A stretch of DNA of 64,000 nt from Methanothrix sp. (GTDB lineage Archaea; Halobacteriota; Methanosarcinia; Methanotrichales; Methanotrichaceae): the NCBI GenBank assembly GCA_963682135.1, contig OY821645.1, forward strand, positions 1,760,001 through 1,824,000, given 5' to 3'. The notes below the pieces were generated by a model. The model was not told the origin of the DNA and did not search any database. It worked only from the letters and a program-made list of their open reading frames with translations. Shown piece by piece: positions 1 through 9,533 of this stretch (position 1 is the first letter of the stretch; the number at the start of each line of letters is the position of its first letter). The translations under genes were made by a program, and so were the position numbers.

Positions 1-1128
1 TTGCAGCACCTTAGAGGCGCCCGGCTCCAATAGAGCTATCCGACCAATCTCCCCCAGACTATCCCTGACAAGAATATCGGTAATGTTTTCTGCACCCTTA
101 TTTTCAATGTGCAGCTCCAGGGAAACGCTCTCGCCGCGGTGCACCCGCCGGGGGGCAGAAACCTCCAGCTTGAGCTGAGGAGAGATCTTCCAGATGTCGA
201 GAGACGTATTGTTGGTGTAGATTCTTCCCTGGGCATCCAACGCTCGCACGTTGGCCAATAGCCTGGTATTATTCACAATCGGCATGGCTCCATCCAGGAA
301 AAGCTCCTCGCCAGCAGGAAGAAACTTTGTGGAAGAGACCTTTCCGGCGCAGGAGATCTGAATCTGGGATAGCTCCCCGGACCACTGGTTCTTCGCCAGG
401 CATCTGTAGCCCACGACCTCGCCGGATCTGCCTTCAGTCCTATTGGCAGTTATAGTTAGCAGGAGCGCAGATCGGTCTGACTTCTTTTCCACAGGCATGC
501 TCTTTGCAGCAGGCACAGCTTTGGTGCTCAGCACCACATCTTCAGAAACAGAGGTTGTGGGATCCTCGCTTACCTCTGAGGGGATATACTGGACACGGGC
601 CTGGACCTCACTCTCGGAAGGATCAAGAGCCATCACCCGCAAATCCTGGGGAGATCCGCTGACGGCGAGCACCTTCTTCTCACCGCAAACAAGCTGCGAT
701 AATGTGCCCAGAGACCTTCCTGCGCCGACAATTTGCACCTCGTGCAGCTCCACGGAGCCGGTGTTCTCCAGGTAGACCTGAGACATTTCGGGCGACTCTT
801 GGACGGTGGCCAGAAGAGAAGTTTCGCTGGAGGAAATATCCTGCAATGAATTGCTTTTTACATTAATCTCCGAATCGGGATGGACAGGAAGGGAAGGAGG
901 GATTGATTTCAATTCGAGACGGGATGACATTTCCGGTGATTTTTCTGGGGAAAAGCCAGAGTCTAGCGAAGGGCCAGAGTAGGGGGAAGAGTCGGGGGCA
1001 TGTGAAAATATGTAGAATAGAGATGGAACTAGAATAACTAAAAACATGGCTACGCCCAGGAGTGCCGGACTTACCCTATGGCCAAGCCTCCCCCGAGGTA
1101 GTCTGCTCCTAAAGCTACCTCTACTCAT
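1..1128 (-). CDS. Membrane-anchored/secreted protein with Ig-like (CARDB/DUF11-like) domains, runs off left edge
   Basis: Not in ORF track. Manual translation gives an open frame from ATG 1128 (MSRGSFRSRL...ALLGVAMFLVILVPSIL) to base 1, with an N-terminal hydrophobic segment and motifs such as VYLENTGSVELHEV and LHIENKGAENITDILVRD. Confidence 0.75.
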   Translation of the reverse strand, partial: MSRGSFRSRLPRGRLGHRVSPALLGVAMFLVILVPSLFYIFSHAPDSSPYSGPSLDSGFSPEKSPEMSSRLELKSIPPSLPVHPDSEINVKSNSLQDISSSETSLLATVQESPEMSQVYLENTGSVELHEVQIVGAGRSLGTLSQLVCGEKKVLAVSGSPQDLRVMALDPSESEVQARVQYIPSEVSEDPTTSVSEDVVLSTKAVPAAKSMPVEKKSDRSALLLTITANRTEGRSGEVVGYRCLAKNQWSGELSQIQISCAGKVSSTKFLPAGEELFLDGAMPIVNNTRLLANVRALDAQGRIYTNNTSLDIWKISPQLKLEVSAPRRVHRGESVSLELHIENKGAENITDILVRDSLGEIGRIALLEPGASKVLQ

Positions 1129-1327
1129 GCCACTACTCCCTTCATTCCCCTGCCAGACTATCCCTTGCCAAAATCACCTTTTACGATCTTGGCTGATTTA
1201 AATAAGACTAGATCCCTTCTCTGCCTTTTTTTATATTTCTATCTATAAATGCGTTTCGGATGTTTAGGGAAAAAAGACATCAAAGTCATAATTATGGTTT
1301 TATAGCAAAAAGGATATACTTGTAAGT

Positions 1328-2539
1328 ATGGACCCGTTCCTGGCTTTTCTGGCAACCGTAATTTTCGTCAGTCTGATCATACCCAGGCTTGGTCCCTTCC
1401 TGAGTTTAGTCATCTCCTCTATCATCTTTGGCCTGCTGGTCGGCATGGGGGGAGAGTTGCAGGGATACATCTCCACAGGTCTATCTCGAATCTTTTCTTC
1501 TCTGGCCGTTGTAGTATTGAGCGGTGCCCTGCTGGCGGAGTATCTGCGCAGCACGCAGAGCCTGGATCGAATTGTTGCCGACCTGGGGAGGTTGGCTGAC
1601 AAGAGCCTGGCTATCAGCGGAGCGGCCGGATACCTTATCTCGCTACCAGTGATGTGCAGCATCACCGCCTACATGATTTTGCAGCCCGTGGTAAGCGGTC
1701 TGGCCGGAAAAAGCAGCGATAGCCGCAAGAGGGCCCTTTTCATGACGGCTGCCTGCTCTATAATCTCTTTCAACCTCATTTATCCCTCTCCGGTCATGAT
1801 CACCCTTTCTGCGGGTCTTCAGGCACAACCCAGCGATCTGCTCATGCGCGCCGTTCCCATATCACTGGTTCTTTTCGCCCTGGCCTTTCTATTGATGCAA
1901 CATATCTTCCCTGTGAAAGCAGAACTAAAAGAGAAAATAAATCCCCCTGAAATGAGCCGGTTACGCGCCTGGGCCCCTTTGCTGCTGCCCATGGCCATGA
2001 TCCTGCTAGGAAGCATCCTGCCGGAGAAGGCACGCATCCTGGCAGACCCGGGCATTGCCCTGCTCCTGGGCGCATTGCTCAGTCTGGCATTGGAGAGAAA
2101 AAAGATGCAGGAGCTGATTCATGTTGCCTCGAGAAGATCCGGCGTTATATTGCTGGACCTATGCGCAGCGGGAGCGTTCGGCTATGTAGTAGCGCAAAGC
2201 GATCTACCTGAGGAGATCTTCCGCCTGGGCCATTTTCTGCCTGCGCTGCTCCTGCCCTTCCTGGTCTCTGCCACGCTGCAGCTTGCCCAGGGATCCAGGG
2301 TGGTGACGGCAGCCGTTTCGGCGCAGATCCTGGCAGGCTATCCTCTGCCGGCAGCGACTCTTGCCCTGCTCATTGCCTCTGGAGCTTTCATGTTCTCTTA
2401 CGTTACCGATCCATTCTTCTGGCTCATCAAAAGCTCTACAGGAGCCGGCATGAAAGAAACGGTTCTGGGATATACACTGCCCCTCAGCCTGCTGGGCCTG
2501 GCGGCTTTCGCTTTGGCTGCCATATCGTCGATATTATGA
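1328..2539 (+). CDS. GntP-family permease
   Basis: 403 aa, highly hydrophobic; AQGSRVVTAAV and FSYVTDPFFWL resemble GntP C-terminal motifs. Confidence 0.8.
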   Translation: MDPFLAFLATVIFVSLIIPRLGPFLSLVISSIIFGLLVGMGGELQGYISTGLSRIFSSLAVVVLSGALLAEYLRSTQSLDRIVADLGRLADKSLAISGAAGYLISLPVMCSITAYMILQPVVSGLAGKSSDSRKRALFMTAACSIISFNLIYPSPVMITLSAGLQAQPSDLLMRAVPISLVLFALAFLLMQHIFPVKAELKEKINPPEMSRLRAWAPLLLPMAMILLGSILPEKARILADPGIALLLGALLSLALERKKMQELIHVASRRSGVILLDLCAAGAFGYVVAQSDLPEEIFRLGHFLPALLLPFLVSATLQLAQGSRVVTAAVSAQILAGYPLPAATLALLIASGAFMFSYVTDPFFWLIKSSTGAGMKETVLGYTLPLSLLGLAAFALAAISSIL

Positions 2540-2692
2540 GGTTGTGGATTTTCTGAAGAGAAGGTGCGAGGCAGAAAACTGCAGTGAATAGGAGGGAGGC
2601 AAAAGTCACGAGCCTTGGGAGGGAAAGAAATGAGTCTTCGACCTTTGCCAATCAAACTATACGTCAATCGCCGTATTTAAGGATTTCCATAT

Positions 2693-3493
2693 TCAGGATT
2701 TCACCAGATCGAAGACCCAGCGGCTGACGCCCGGTGCGACATTGCCGCATCTGCGACACAATTTAACCTCCAGGCCCATATCCTCATAGCTCTTTTTGAG
2801 CGGCTCGATCTGCTGGCGCTTCTTGAAGGTATAGAAGTGCAGGCACCCCTTGGATTTCACCAGGGGCAATACAGCCTGCAAAATCCCGTCTGCTCCGTAG
2901 GGCGCGGGAATGACAGCCCTGTGAAAATCCTTGCGAAGCATCTCTGTCATGTGGAAGGCATCCGCATTTATTATCGAGATCATCCTTTCCACTCGATTTC
3001 TCCTGGCATTCTCTGCCAAATAAAGGCATGCTTCGCGACTCTTCTCCAGAGCCAGTACACTAGCGCCTCGAGCTGCCAGGGGAACGGCAAATGGTCCCAC
3101 GCCTGAGAATGGAAGGAGCACATCCTCCCCAGCCACCACCTCTGCTGCTACCCTCATTCTCTCGTAGCCGAGATGGCTGTTCCAAAAAACCGTTGCTACA
3201 TTCAGACGGTAGAGGAAGCCGAATTCCTTATGCGTGGTGACAGTATCGCCGCTGCCTGCCAGAAGCTCTAAACCCGCCACCCTTCTATCACCTAGCAACT
3301 TAGAGGTCTTATTGAGCACGGTATGAATGTTCTTGCCGGAAGAGAACACAGTCCCGGCAATCACTTCTTTGTAAGGCTCCAGCTCCGGGGAAAGAGAGAG
3401 TATGGCAATATTGCCAATGACATGAAAGCCATCCGATAGTCTGCTCAGGCACTCTTCCGGCACAAGGCCTTGCAGCTTTTCTTTAAGGCGCAT
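2693..3493 (-). CDS. Trm5/Taw2(TYW2)-family SAM-dependent tRNA-modifying enzyme
   Basis: FHVIGNIAIL, TTHKEFG, FWNSHLGYER and PFSGVGPF motifs; short form lacking the N-terminal D1 domain. Confidence 0.8.
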   Translation of the reverse strand: MRLKEKLQGLVPEECLSRLSDGFHVIGNIAILSLSPELEPYKEVIAGTVFSSGKNIHTVLNKTSKLLGDRRVAGLELLAGSGDTVTTHKEFGFLYRLNVATVFWNSHLGYERMRVAAEVVAGEDVLLPFSGVGPFAVPLAARGASVLALEKSREACLYLAENARRNRVERMISIINADAFHMTEMLRKDFHRAVIPAPYGADGILQAVLPLVKSKGCLHFYTFKKRQQIEPLKKSYEDMGLEVKLCRRCGNVAPGVSRWVFDLVKS

Positions 3494-3501
3494 TATCTTC
3501 G

Positions 3502-3536
3502 AAAAAAAGAAAAATCCAATCCACTTGGATTTTTCT
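3502..3536 (-). terminator. Hairpin plus U-tract downstream of SSS gene
   Basis: Perfect 12-bp stem agaaaaatccaa-tccac-ttggatttttct (3508-3536), followed on the minus strand by a T run. Confidence 0.55.
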
Positions 3537-3538
3537 GC

Positions 3539-5071
3539 TCAGGCCTTCTTGCGACTGCGGATGAACATGCCGGTGTTCGTCTCATCCAGCAACTTCTCGG
3601 ACGGTTTCTTGGTCATCAGGCTGACAACAATCATGGCTGCCAGCGAGAGAGCAAATCCGTATATGCTGGGGTGCATGGGCATGGGTGAGATGAATTTGGC
3701 ATAATAGCTGAAGGCAAATACACCTACCAGCCCCACAATCATCGAGGCGAGGGCCCCCTCGCGCGTCGCCCGCCGCCAGTACAGCCCGGCAAATAAGGGC
3801 GTTACAAAGCAGGCCAGCATCACGCCAATGGCCATCCAGATCAGCCAGGCCAGGAGCTCCGGCGGATTGGACCAGGCCAGATAGAGCGTAATGACGGTTG
3901 AAAGCCCAATGGCCACCCGGCTGAGAAGGGTTATCGACTTCTCAGAGGCATCCTTATTGATAAACTGCTTGTAGACATCCCAGCTCACGTAGCTGCCTAT
4001 GGTCAGCATCAGCCGATCCGTGGTAGACATGACTGCGGATAGTACTATTATGGCCACGATGGGCGCGAAGATGGCAGGGAAGACGTACTCTGCAGCTACG
4101 ATGAAGCTGTAGTCGGAAGGATTGGCAACACCCGTAGGCAGAGAGATCATATTTTCGGCAACCATAGATCGAGCCGCAAAACCGGTGATCTTGCACAGGT
4201 ACATGATCACCGCATAGACGACAAAGGCGGCCAGCGGTGCCCACTTGAAGTACTTGATGTCTCTTGCAGCCAGAACGTTGTTCACCACGTGCGGAGCTGC
4301 CGCCAGCCCGAAGGTGAGCAGGAAGAAGAACGAGGCCAGGTATTCAGGCGTCATGAAGGCATACTTGGCATAAGGCGGATGCATTTGCGGATACCAGAGG
4401 TGGGTCATATTCACATCTATGCTCGCCAGGACGACATTGATGTGTTCCAGTCCTCCTGCTGCGGCAATGACCACCGGCCCCACAAGCAAGACTCCGGCCA
4501 GTATCATTATGCCCTGCACCAGAGAGGCCATGCCGATAGCATAAAGCCCGCCCAGGATGGTGTAGGCCATGACGATGACTGCGCCAATCACCAGAGACCA
4601 CTCATAGGGGATCTTGAAGAGCCATGACAGGACCATGCTGATGGAGACATATTGCCCCACCAGATAGATGATGGAGATGAGAATGCCTATTATTGCCGAG
4701 GTGCCGCGAATGCCCCTCGGGCTGTAGAAACGGTGAGCGAAGTAGTCTTGCACCGTCACATAGCCAGTTTTGGAGGCGACGGCGTGCAGCTTGGTTCCGA
4801 AGAACAGTATGCAAACCGCAGCCGAGAGCGGAACGAATATTTGCTCCCATATGCTTGGCCAGCCTGCGGTGTAACCGAGGCCCGCAACGCCAAGGATTGT
4901 CATGCCGCTGCAAATGCTGGCTACGATGAGCAGAGTAAAGGTCCAGAAGCCCAGATTTCTTCCCGCTACCAGGAAATCCTCCGAGTTCTGGATCTTCTTC
5001 GAGGCTATGGCTCCGATGGCCACCAGGCCAACGAAATATAGCACAATTATGATGCTTCCCATCAGGTCCAT
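3539..5071 (-). CDS. Sodium:solute symporter (PutP/PanF-like)
   Basis: DFLVAGRNLG, YTILGGL, SAVMST and GLYWRRATREGA SSS motifs; ~13 TM. Confidence 0.9.
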   Translation of the reverse strand: MDLMGSIIIVLYFVGLVAIGAIASKKIQNSEDFLVAGRNLGFWTFTLLIVASICSGMTILGVAGLGYTAGWPSIWEQIFVPLSAAVCILFFGTKLHAVASKTGYVTVQDYFAHRFYSPRGIRGTSAIIGILISIIYLVGQYVSISMVLSWLFKIPYEWSLVIGAVIVMAYTILGGLYAIGMASLVQGIMILAGVLLVGPVVIAAAGGLEHINVVLASIDVNMTHLWYPQMHPPYAKYAFMTPEYLASFFFLLTFGLAAAPHVVNNVLAARDIKYFKWAPLAAFVVYAVIMYLCKITGFAARSMVAENMISLPTGVANPSDYSFIVAAEYVFPAIFAPIVAIIVLSAVMSTTDRLMLTIGSYVSWDVYKQFINKDASEKSITLLSRVAIGLSTVITLYLAWSNPPELLAWLIWMAIGVMLACFVTPLFAGLYWRRATREGALASMIVGLVGVFAFSYYAKFISPMPMHPSIYGFALSLAAMIVVSLMTKKPSEKLLDETNTGMFIRSRKKA

Positions 5072-5075
5072 GATA

Positions 5076-5186
5076 TCACCACCTCAAAGCCCATATCAAA
5101 AGCAGTAGTGAGATGGCTATGGGCACAATTATGATCCCAACAAAGGTATCAGTAGGTAAACCAATGATCAAATAGAATCCCTCCAT
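5076..5186 (-). CDS. 36-aa single-TM symporter accessory protein
   Basis: MEGFYLIIGLPTDTFVGIIIVPIAISLLLLIWALRW; ends 4 nt before the SSS start and its 3' end carries a GAGGTGGTGA SD-like sequence. Confidence 0.65.
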   Translation of the reverse strand: MEGFYLIIGLPTDTFVGIIIVPIAISLLLLIWALRW

Positions 5187-5282
5187 GATTGTTACGTGAT
5201 AGCATGTTGCAGATTCGCATTTAATAAAGCTTTTTAATCTCAAGTGAGAAACTTTTATAGTGGGCATGCTTCTAAGAGAAGG

Positions 5283-6101
5283 ATGAGCGAGCGACTTTCC
5301 CCCCAAGGCAGCGATTTGTTGATCCTTTGTGATAATGCGTCAAGAGCCGTGGACCGTGCCATCAAAGAGATGGCGGGTACCGTGGCCAGTGGCCGGATGG
5401 TGAAGATGGGAGCAGACGGCACTCCTACCAAGCAAATCGACCGGGCCGCAGAGAATGCCGTTCTCGATACGCTGCGGGCATCCGGCCTGGGCTTTAGGGT
5501 GCTAAGCGAGGAGATAGGCGAGGTATTGATCGGCGAAGAGCCCAACTATTTCCTGCACCTTGATCCCCTGGACGGCACCTTTAACGCCATAGCCGGCATT
5601 CCCTTCTATTCGGTCTCCATTTACCTGAGCAAGGACGATTTTCATTTCGGGTATATTTCTGATATGGTTCGTGGCGAGTGCTATTATGCACAAGCAGGAC
5701 GGGGCGCCTATTCAAAGCAGAGCGGGCGCCTGCAAGTTTCAAATAATGCCGACCTCACCCAATTTAGCATCTCCGCTTACACTCTGCGGCCCCATACCGG
5801 CAGGATAGCGGCCATTGGCGACACCGTGCGCCGCATTCGTACCTTGGGGAGCACCGCATTGGAGATGGCACTGGTAGCCTCAGGAAGGCTGGATGCCTTC
5901 GTGGATCTGCGAGGCCGGATGCGGGTGGTGGATATGGCGGCGGGAAAGCTCATACTGGAGGAAGCAGGCGGGACTGTAACGGATGCCGCAGGAAATGCGC
6001 TTCATCTAGACGGCAACATGTGGCAGAAGAGGGATCTGATCGGCTCGAATGGCCTCCAGCATGCAGAGCTGCTCAGGCTCATCGGTGGTGGCCAAAATTA
6101 G
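5283..6101 (+). CDS. suhB: Inositol monophosphatase/FBPase-family protein (possible NADP phosphatase)
   Basis: GADGTPT, LSEEIG, LDPLDGTFN and DMAAGKLILEEAGG IMPase motifs. Confidence 0.85.
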   Translation: MSERLSPQGSDLLILCDNASRAVDRAIKEMAGTVASGRMVKMGADGTPTKQIDRAAENAVLDTLRASGLGFRVLSEEIGEVLIGEEPNYFLHLDPLDGTFNAIAGIPFYSVSIYLSKDDFHFGYISDMVRGECYYAQAGRGAYSKQSGRLQVSNNADLTQFSISAYTLRPHTGRIAAIGDTVRRIRTLGSTALEMALVASGRLDAFVDLRGRMRVVDMAAGKLILEEAGGTVTDAAGNALHLDGNMWQKRDLIGSNGLQHAELLRLIGGGQN

Positions 6102-6918
6102 GGTCGGCTTTGTCTCTCGACAGCAGCCGGAATCGATTCGGCTGGCTAAGATGCTCATCAACCAGATAGAGAGCCAGGGGGGTGCCACCATATTCGTGGA
6201 TGAGGACCTGGCGCAGAAGCTGGGCAGGCAGGGCATCGCAGTCGCAGAGATGGAGCGGCAGAAGGTGGACTTCATAGTATCCGTGGGAGGAGATGGGACC
6301 ATATTGCGCACCATTCACAAGATGGCAGATCCGGCACCTATTTTGGGCATAAACATGGGCACTCTGGGCTTTCTGGTGGATGTGGAGCCAAGGGACGCTG
6401 TGGAGACGCTCTCGCGCCTGCTGGCGGGATTTGATGTAGATGTGCGCAGCAGGCTCAAGCTGCTGCTCAATGGGGTTTGCCTGCCCCGCGCCACCAATGA
6501 GATCGCCTTTCTGACGGCCAGTCCCGCCAAGATGATCGAGTTTGAGATCATCGTGGACGGCGCTCTCATGGAGGACTTTCGGGCGGACGGGGTGATCATC
6601 GCCACCTCCACCGGCTCCACCGCTTATGCCATGTCGGCAGGCGGGCCCATTGTCGATCCGAGGGTGGATGCCATTGTGCTCGTTCCCATGGCCCCCTTCA
6701 AGCTCTCCAGCCGGCCCTGGGTGATTCCGGGGGACAGCGTCATTGAGGTCCGGCTCAAGCTGCCGGACAAGGAGGCACTGGTGGTGGTGGACGGCCAGAC
6801 TTCGATGGTCATTTCCTCCAAGGATACGGTGGTCATAAGCAAGGCCAAGACCCCGGCCAGGTTTGTGAAGGTGGGAAGAGAAGGGTTTTACGCAAAGGTG
6901 AAGAGCAAGTTGACTTGA
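6088..6918 (+). CDS. nadK: NAD kinase
   Basis: VGGDGTIL, GINMGTLGFL, NE and TGSTAYAMSAGGP motifs; GTG start overlapping the upstream gene. Confidence 0.93.
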   Translation: MAKIRVGFVSRQQPESIRLAKMLINQIESQGGATIFVDEDLAQKLGRQGIAVAEMERQKVDFIVSVGGDGTILRTIHKMADPAPILGINMGTLGFLVDVEPRDAVETLSRLLAGFDVDVRSRLKLLLNGVCLPRATNEIAFLTASPAKMIEFEIIVDGALMEDFRADGVIIATSTGSTAYAMSAGGPIVDPRVDAIVLVPMAPFKLSSRPWVIPGDSVIEVRLKLPDKEALVVVDGQTSMVISSKDTVVISKAKTPARFVKVGREGFYAKVKSKLT

Positions 6919-6975
6919 CGAGTGTGCAATAGAGAAAACTGCCAAATAGCCCAACGAACATAAAGAGATACTAGC

Positions 6976-7512
6976 ATGAAACTGAAAATTCGGATTATCG
7001 GTCCCAAAGTGCATGACGTAGGCTACAGATACTTCCTGCTGGGCATCGCCATGTCCAACAGAATCAGAATGTTCGAGGCACATAATACAAAAAGCGGCGA
7101 ATGCGAAGAAGTCGTGGTCTTTGCAGATGGTGAGGACGCGGCAATCAAGGCATTCTGCCGCCAGGTGGAGACCGAGCGTCCAGCTCGCTCTGAAGTGTCA
7201 AATATAGTCATTGATGGCTTCGATGGCGAAGTCATGAAAATTGGGGAGTATGCTCAGTTCTGCACCACAGTCCAATTGAACAAGGCTATCCCCGTGCTTC
7301 TTGACCTAAGAGATAGCATGCATGATGTAAGGAAGAATACCGCCGTCACGCCTCAAATCCTGGATGAGATCAAAGCGGTGCGGAAAACCACAGACGCGAC
7401 GCACGAAGAAATCAAAGGATTGAGAGAGGACATTCAACCAGGATATGGGATGACTCTAAGACAGGTGCAGACTGATGTCCGAGCGATAAAAGAACGCTTG
7501 GGCATGCAGTAA
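6976..7512 (+). CDS. Acylphosphatase-like domain protein with C-terminal coiled coil
   Basis: GPKVHDVGYR resembles the acylphosphatase GxVQGVGFR loop; heptad-rich tail ending IKERLGMQ. Confidence 0.7.
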   Translation: MKLKIRIIGPKVHDVGYRYFLLGIAMSNRIRMFEAHNTKSGECEEVVVFADGEDAAIKAFCRQVETERPARSEVSNIVIDGFDGEVMKIGEYAQFCTTVQLNKAIPVLLDLRDSMHDVRKNTAVTPQILDEIKAVRKTTDATHEEIKGLREDIQPGYGMTLRQVQTDVRAIKERLGMQ

Positions 7513-7541
7513 TCTTGCCATCACCAGGGACCACCATTAAC

Positions 7542-8618
7542 TCATGCCACCTCCCTTCTCAGCATGAGCGTTGCCGCTGCAAAGAAGACCAGGAAGAATA
7601 CCACCAGCGCCAGCAGGTCCGGGTAGAGGATATCTGTAATTCCGGCCCCTTTGAGCATCACGGCCCGAAGAGCATCTGCTGCATAGGTGAGGGGCAGAAT
7701 GTAGGAGATGGGCCGGATGAACTCGGGCACAGACTGCAGGGGCCACCAGATGCCGCAAAGCACAATCTGGGGCGTGATGATGAGCGGTATGAACTGCACC
7801 ACCTGAAACTCGCTTCGGGCGAAGTTGGAGAAGAAGGAGCCCAGGACCAATGCCCCGGCCCCCAATATGAGCACCACGAACAGAGCTGTGAGAGGACTGC
7901 CCTTCATGGGCACGCCAAAGCCGATGGTGACCACTGACAGGGTGGTCGCTGACTGCAGGATGGTGAAGAGAGAGAAGCCCAGGACGTAGCCGGATACCAT
8001 CTCCTCCCGGCTGAGGGGCGAGACCATGAACTTCTCCAGCGTCCCTTGCGACCTCTCCCGGATGAAGGCAATGGCAGCGTTGATGAAGGTGAAGAAGAAG
8101 ACCACCAGGCCAAGGATTGCCGGACCCACCGTATCCATCATCTCCAGGTCATAGCCGAAGATGTAGCGCGTTACAATGGAGCTTTCCGCTCCTTTCAGCT
8201 GTACGGCTGTCTCCTGTCCGGCCAACTCCCTGGCTACGCCAGCCTGAACCGCTGCGCTAATTGCCCCCGAGATCTGCAGGCTGCTGGCATCCAGCAGTAC
8301 CCGCACGCCTTCCGGCTGCAAGACCACGGCCCCGTTTAGCCTCCCTTCCTTGATCAGCCTCTCTGCATCCGATTCGGACCTCAAATGGAGAAGATCGAAG
8401 TCCGAGATAGACTCGATGTGCGAGCGCAGGCCAGCGTGGCCGCCCCCGTCCACCAGGCCCAGGGCCACGCCGCTCATATCTCCGGAGAGGGCATAGCCGA
8501 AGAGGATCATGAGCACAATCGGGGCGAATACTATCAGCCCGATGGTGCGCCGGTCTCTCTTCAGTTGCCGCACCACTCGCAGGGCCACCACGCCTGCGCG
8601 GCCCAAGGCCGGCCTCAT
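7542..8618 (-). CDS. ABC-2 type transporter permease
   Basis: RERSQGTLE and LPLTYAADALR motifs; 6 TM. Confidence 0.9.
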   Translation of the reverse strand: MRPALGRAGVVALRVVRQLKRDRRTIGLIVFAPIVLMILFGYALSGDMSGVALGLVDGGGHAGLRSHIESISDFDLLHLRSESDAERLIKEGRLNGAVVLQPEGVRVLLDASSLQISGAISAAVQAGVARELAGQETAVQLKGAESSIVTRYIFGYDLEMMDTVGPAILGLVVFFFTFINAAIAFIRERSQGTLEKFMVSPLSREEMVSGYVLGFSLFTILQSATTLSVVTIGFGVPMKGSPLTALFVVLILGAGALVLGSFFSNFARSEFQVVQFIPLIITPQIVLCGIWWPLQSVPEFIRPISYILPLTYAADALRAVMLKGAGITDILYPDLLALVVFFLVFFAAATLMLRREVA

Positions 8619-9526
8619 GCCGCCTCCGAGAGACGCAGGAATGCCTCTTCCAGCCGCGGCTCCGCCAGCCTCATGTCCAGAGGCATGGCGACTTCCAGGA
8701 TCTCTTTGATCTGGGCATGGCTCTCCAGGCGGACCTGCACTATGCCGTCTTTGATATCAATTTCATAGCCCTGGGCTGCAAGAAGAGACGCATCCTTTTC
8801 CGGCTCTGCCAGCCAGAGCTTAAGCAGGGGCCGCAGGCCTGCCAGGCGCAGGATCTCCTCAGGGCTGCCCTCCGCCATCATCCTTCCGCCGCGCATGTAG
8901 CCCACTCTCTGGCATTTCTCAGCTTCATCCATGAGGTGAGTGGTGATGAGCACCGTCTTTCCCTCCTTCGTCAGCCTGCCGAAATAATCCCAGAATGTCT
9001 GGCGCAGCCGTGGGTCGACGCCCACAGTGGGCTCGTCCAGCAAGAGCAGCTCCGGCTCGTGGATGAGGGTGCAGGCCAATGATAGCCTCTGGTACATGCC
9101 GCCTGAGAGCGCCCCGGCCAAACGGCTGCGGTGCTCAGAGAGGTCGACCATTTCCAGCAGTTCGGTTATTCTCTCCTCACGCTTCTGGCCGACAATGCCG
9201 TACAGCCCGGCATAAAACTCCATATTCTCCTGCAAAGTCAGGTCGGGATAGAGGGCTTTGTGCTGGGTCATGTAGCCGATGGCAGAATAGATGCGGTTTA
9301 CATCAGAAACCGGCGTATTCAGCACCGATAGGTCTCCTCCGTCTAAACGTAGCAGCCGGACGATAGCCCGGATGAAGGTGGTCTTGCCGGAGCCGTTCGG
9401 CCCCAATAGGCAGTAGGTCACCCCTGATGGGATGTCTACAGTCAGCTCGTCCAGCACCCGCAACTTCCCAAAGCTCTTGACCACTCCTCGAGCCGAGATC
9501 GCTGGGCTTCGATCTATCTTCGCCAT
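8615..9526 (-). CDS. ABC transporter ATP-binding protein
   Basis: GPNGSGKT Walker A, LSGG signature, LLLDEPT Walker B. Confidence 0.95.
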   Translation of the reverse strand: MAKIDRSPAISARGVVKSFGKLRVLDELTVDIPSGVTYCLLGPNGSGKTTFIRAIVRLLRLDGGDLSVLNTPVSDVNRIYSAIGYMTQHKALYPDLTLQENMEFYAGLYGIVGQKREERITELLEMVDLSEHRSRLAGALSGGMYQRLSLACTLIHEPELLLLDEPTVGVDPRLRQTFWDYFGRLTKEGKTVLITTHLMDEAEKCQRVGYMRGGRMMAEGSPEEILRLAGLRPLLKLWLAEPEKDASLLAAQGYEIDIKDGIVQVRLESHAQIKEILEVAMPLDMRLAEPRLEEAFLRLSEAA

Positions 9527-9533
9527 TAGCAGA

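Noticed and set aside
36-775. Short ORFs 36-236 and 443-775 in the track
   Set aside because: They overlap the longer minus-strand frame 1-1128, which has protein-like features
6079-7083. 334-aa minus-strand ORF
   Set aside because: Antisense to NAD kinase, with no recognisable motifs
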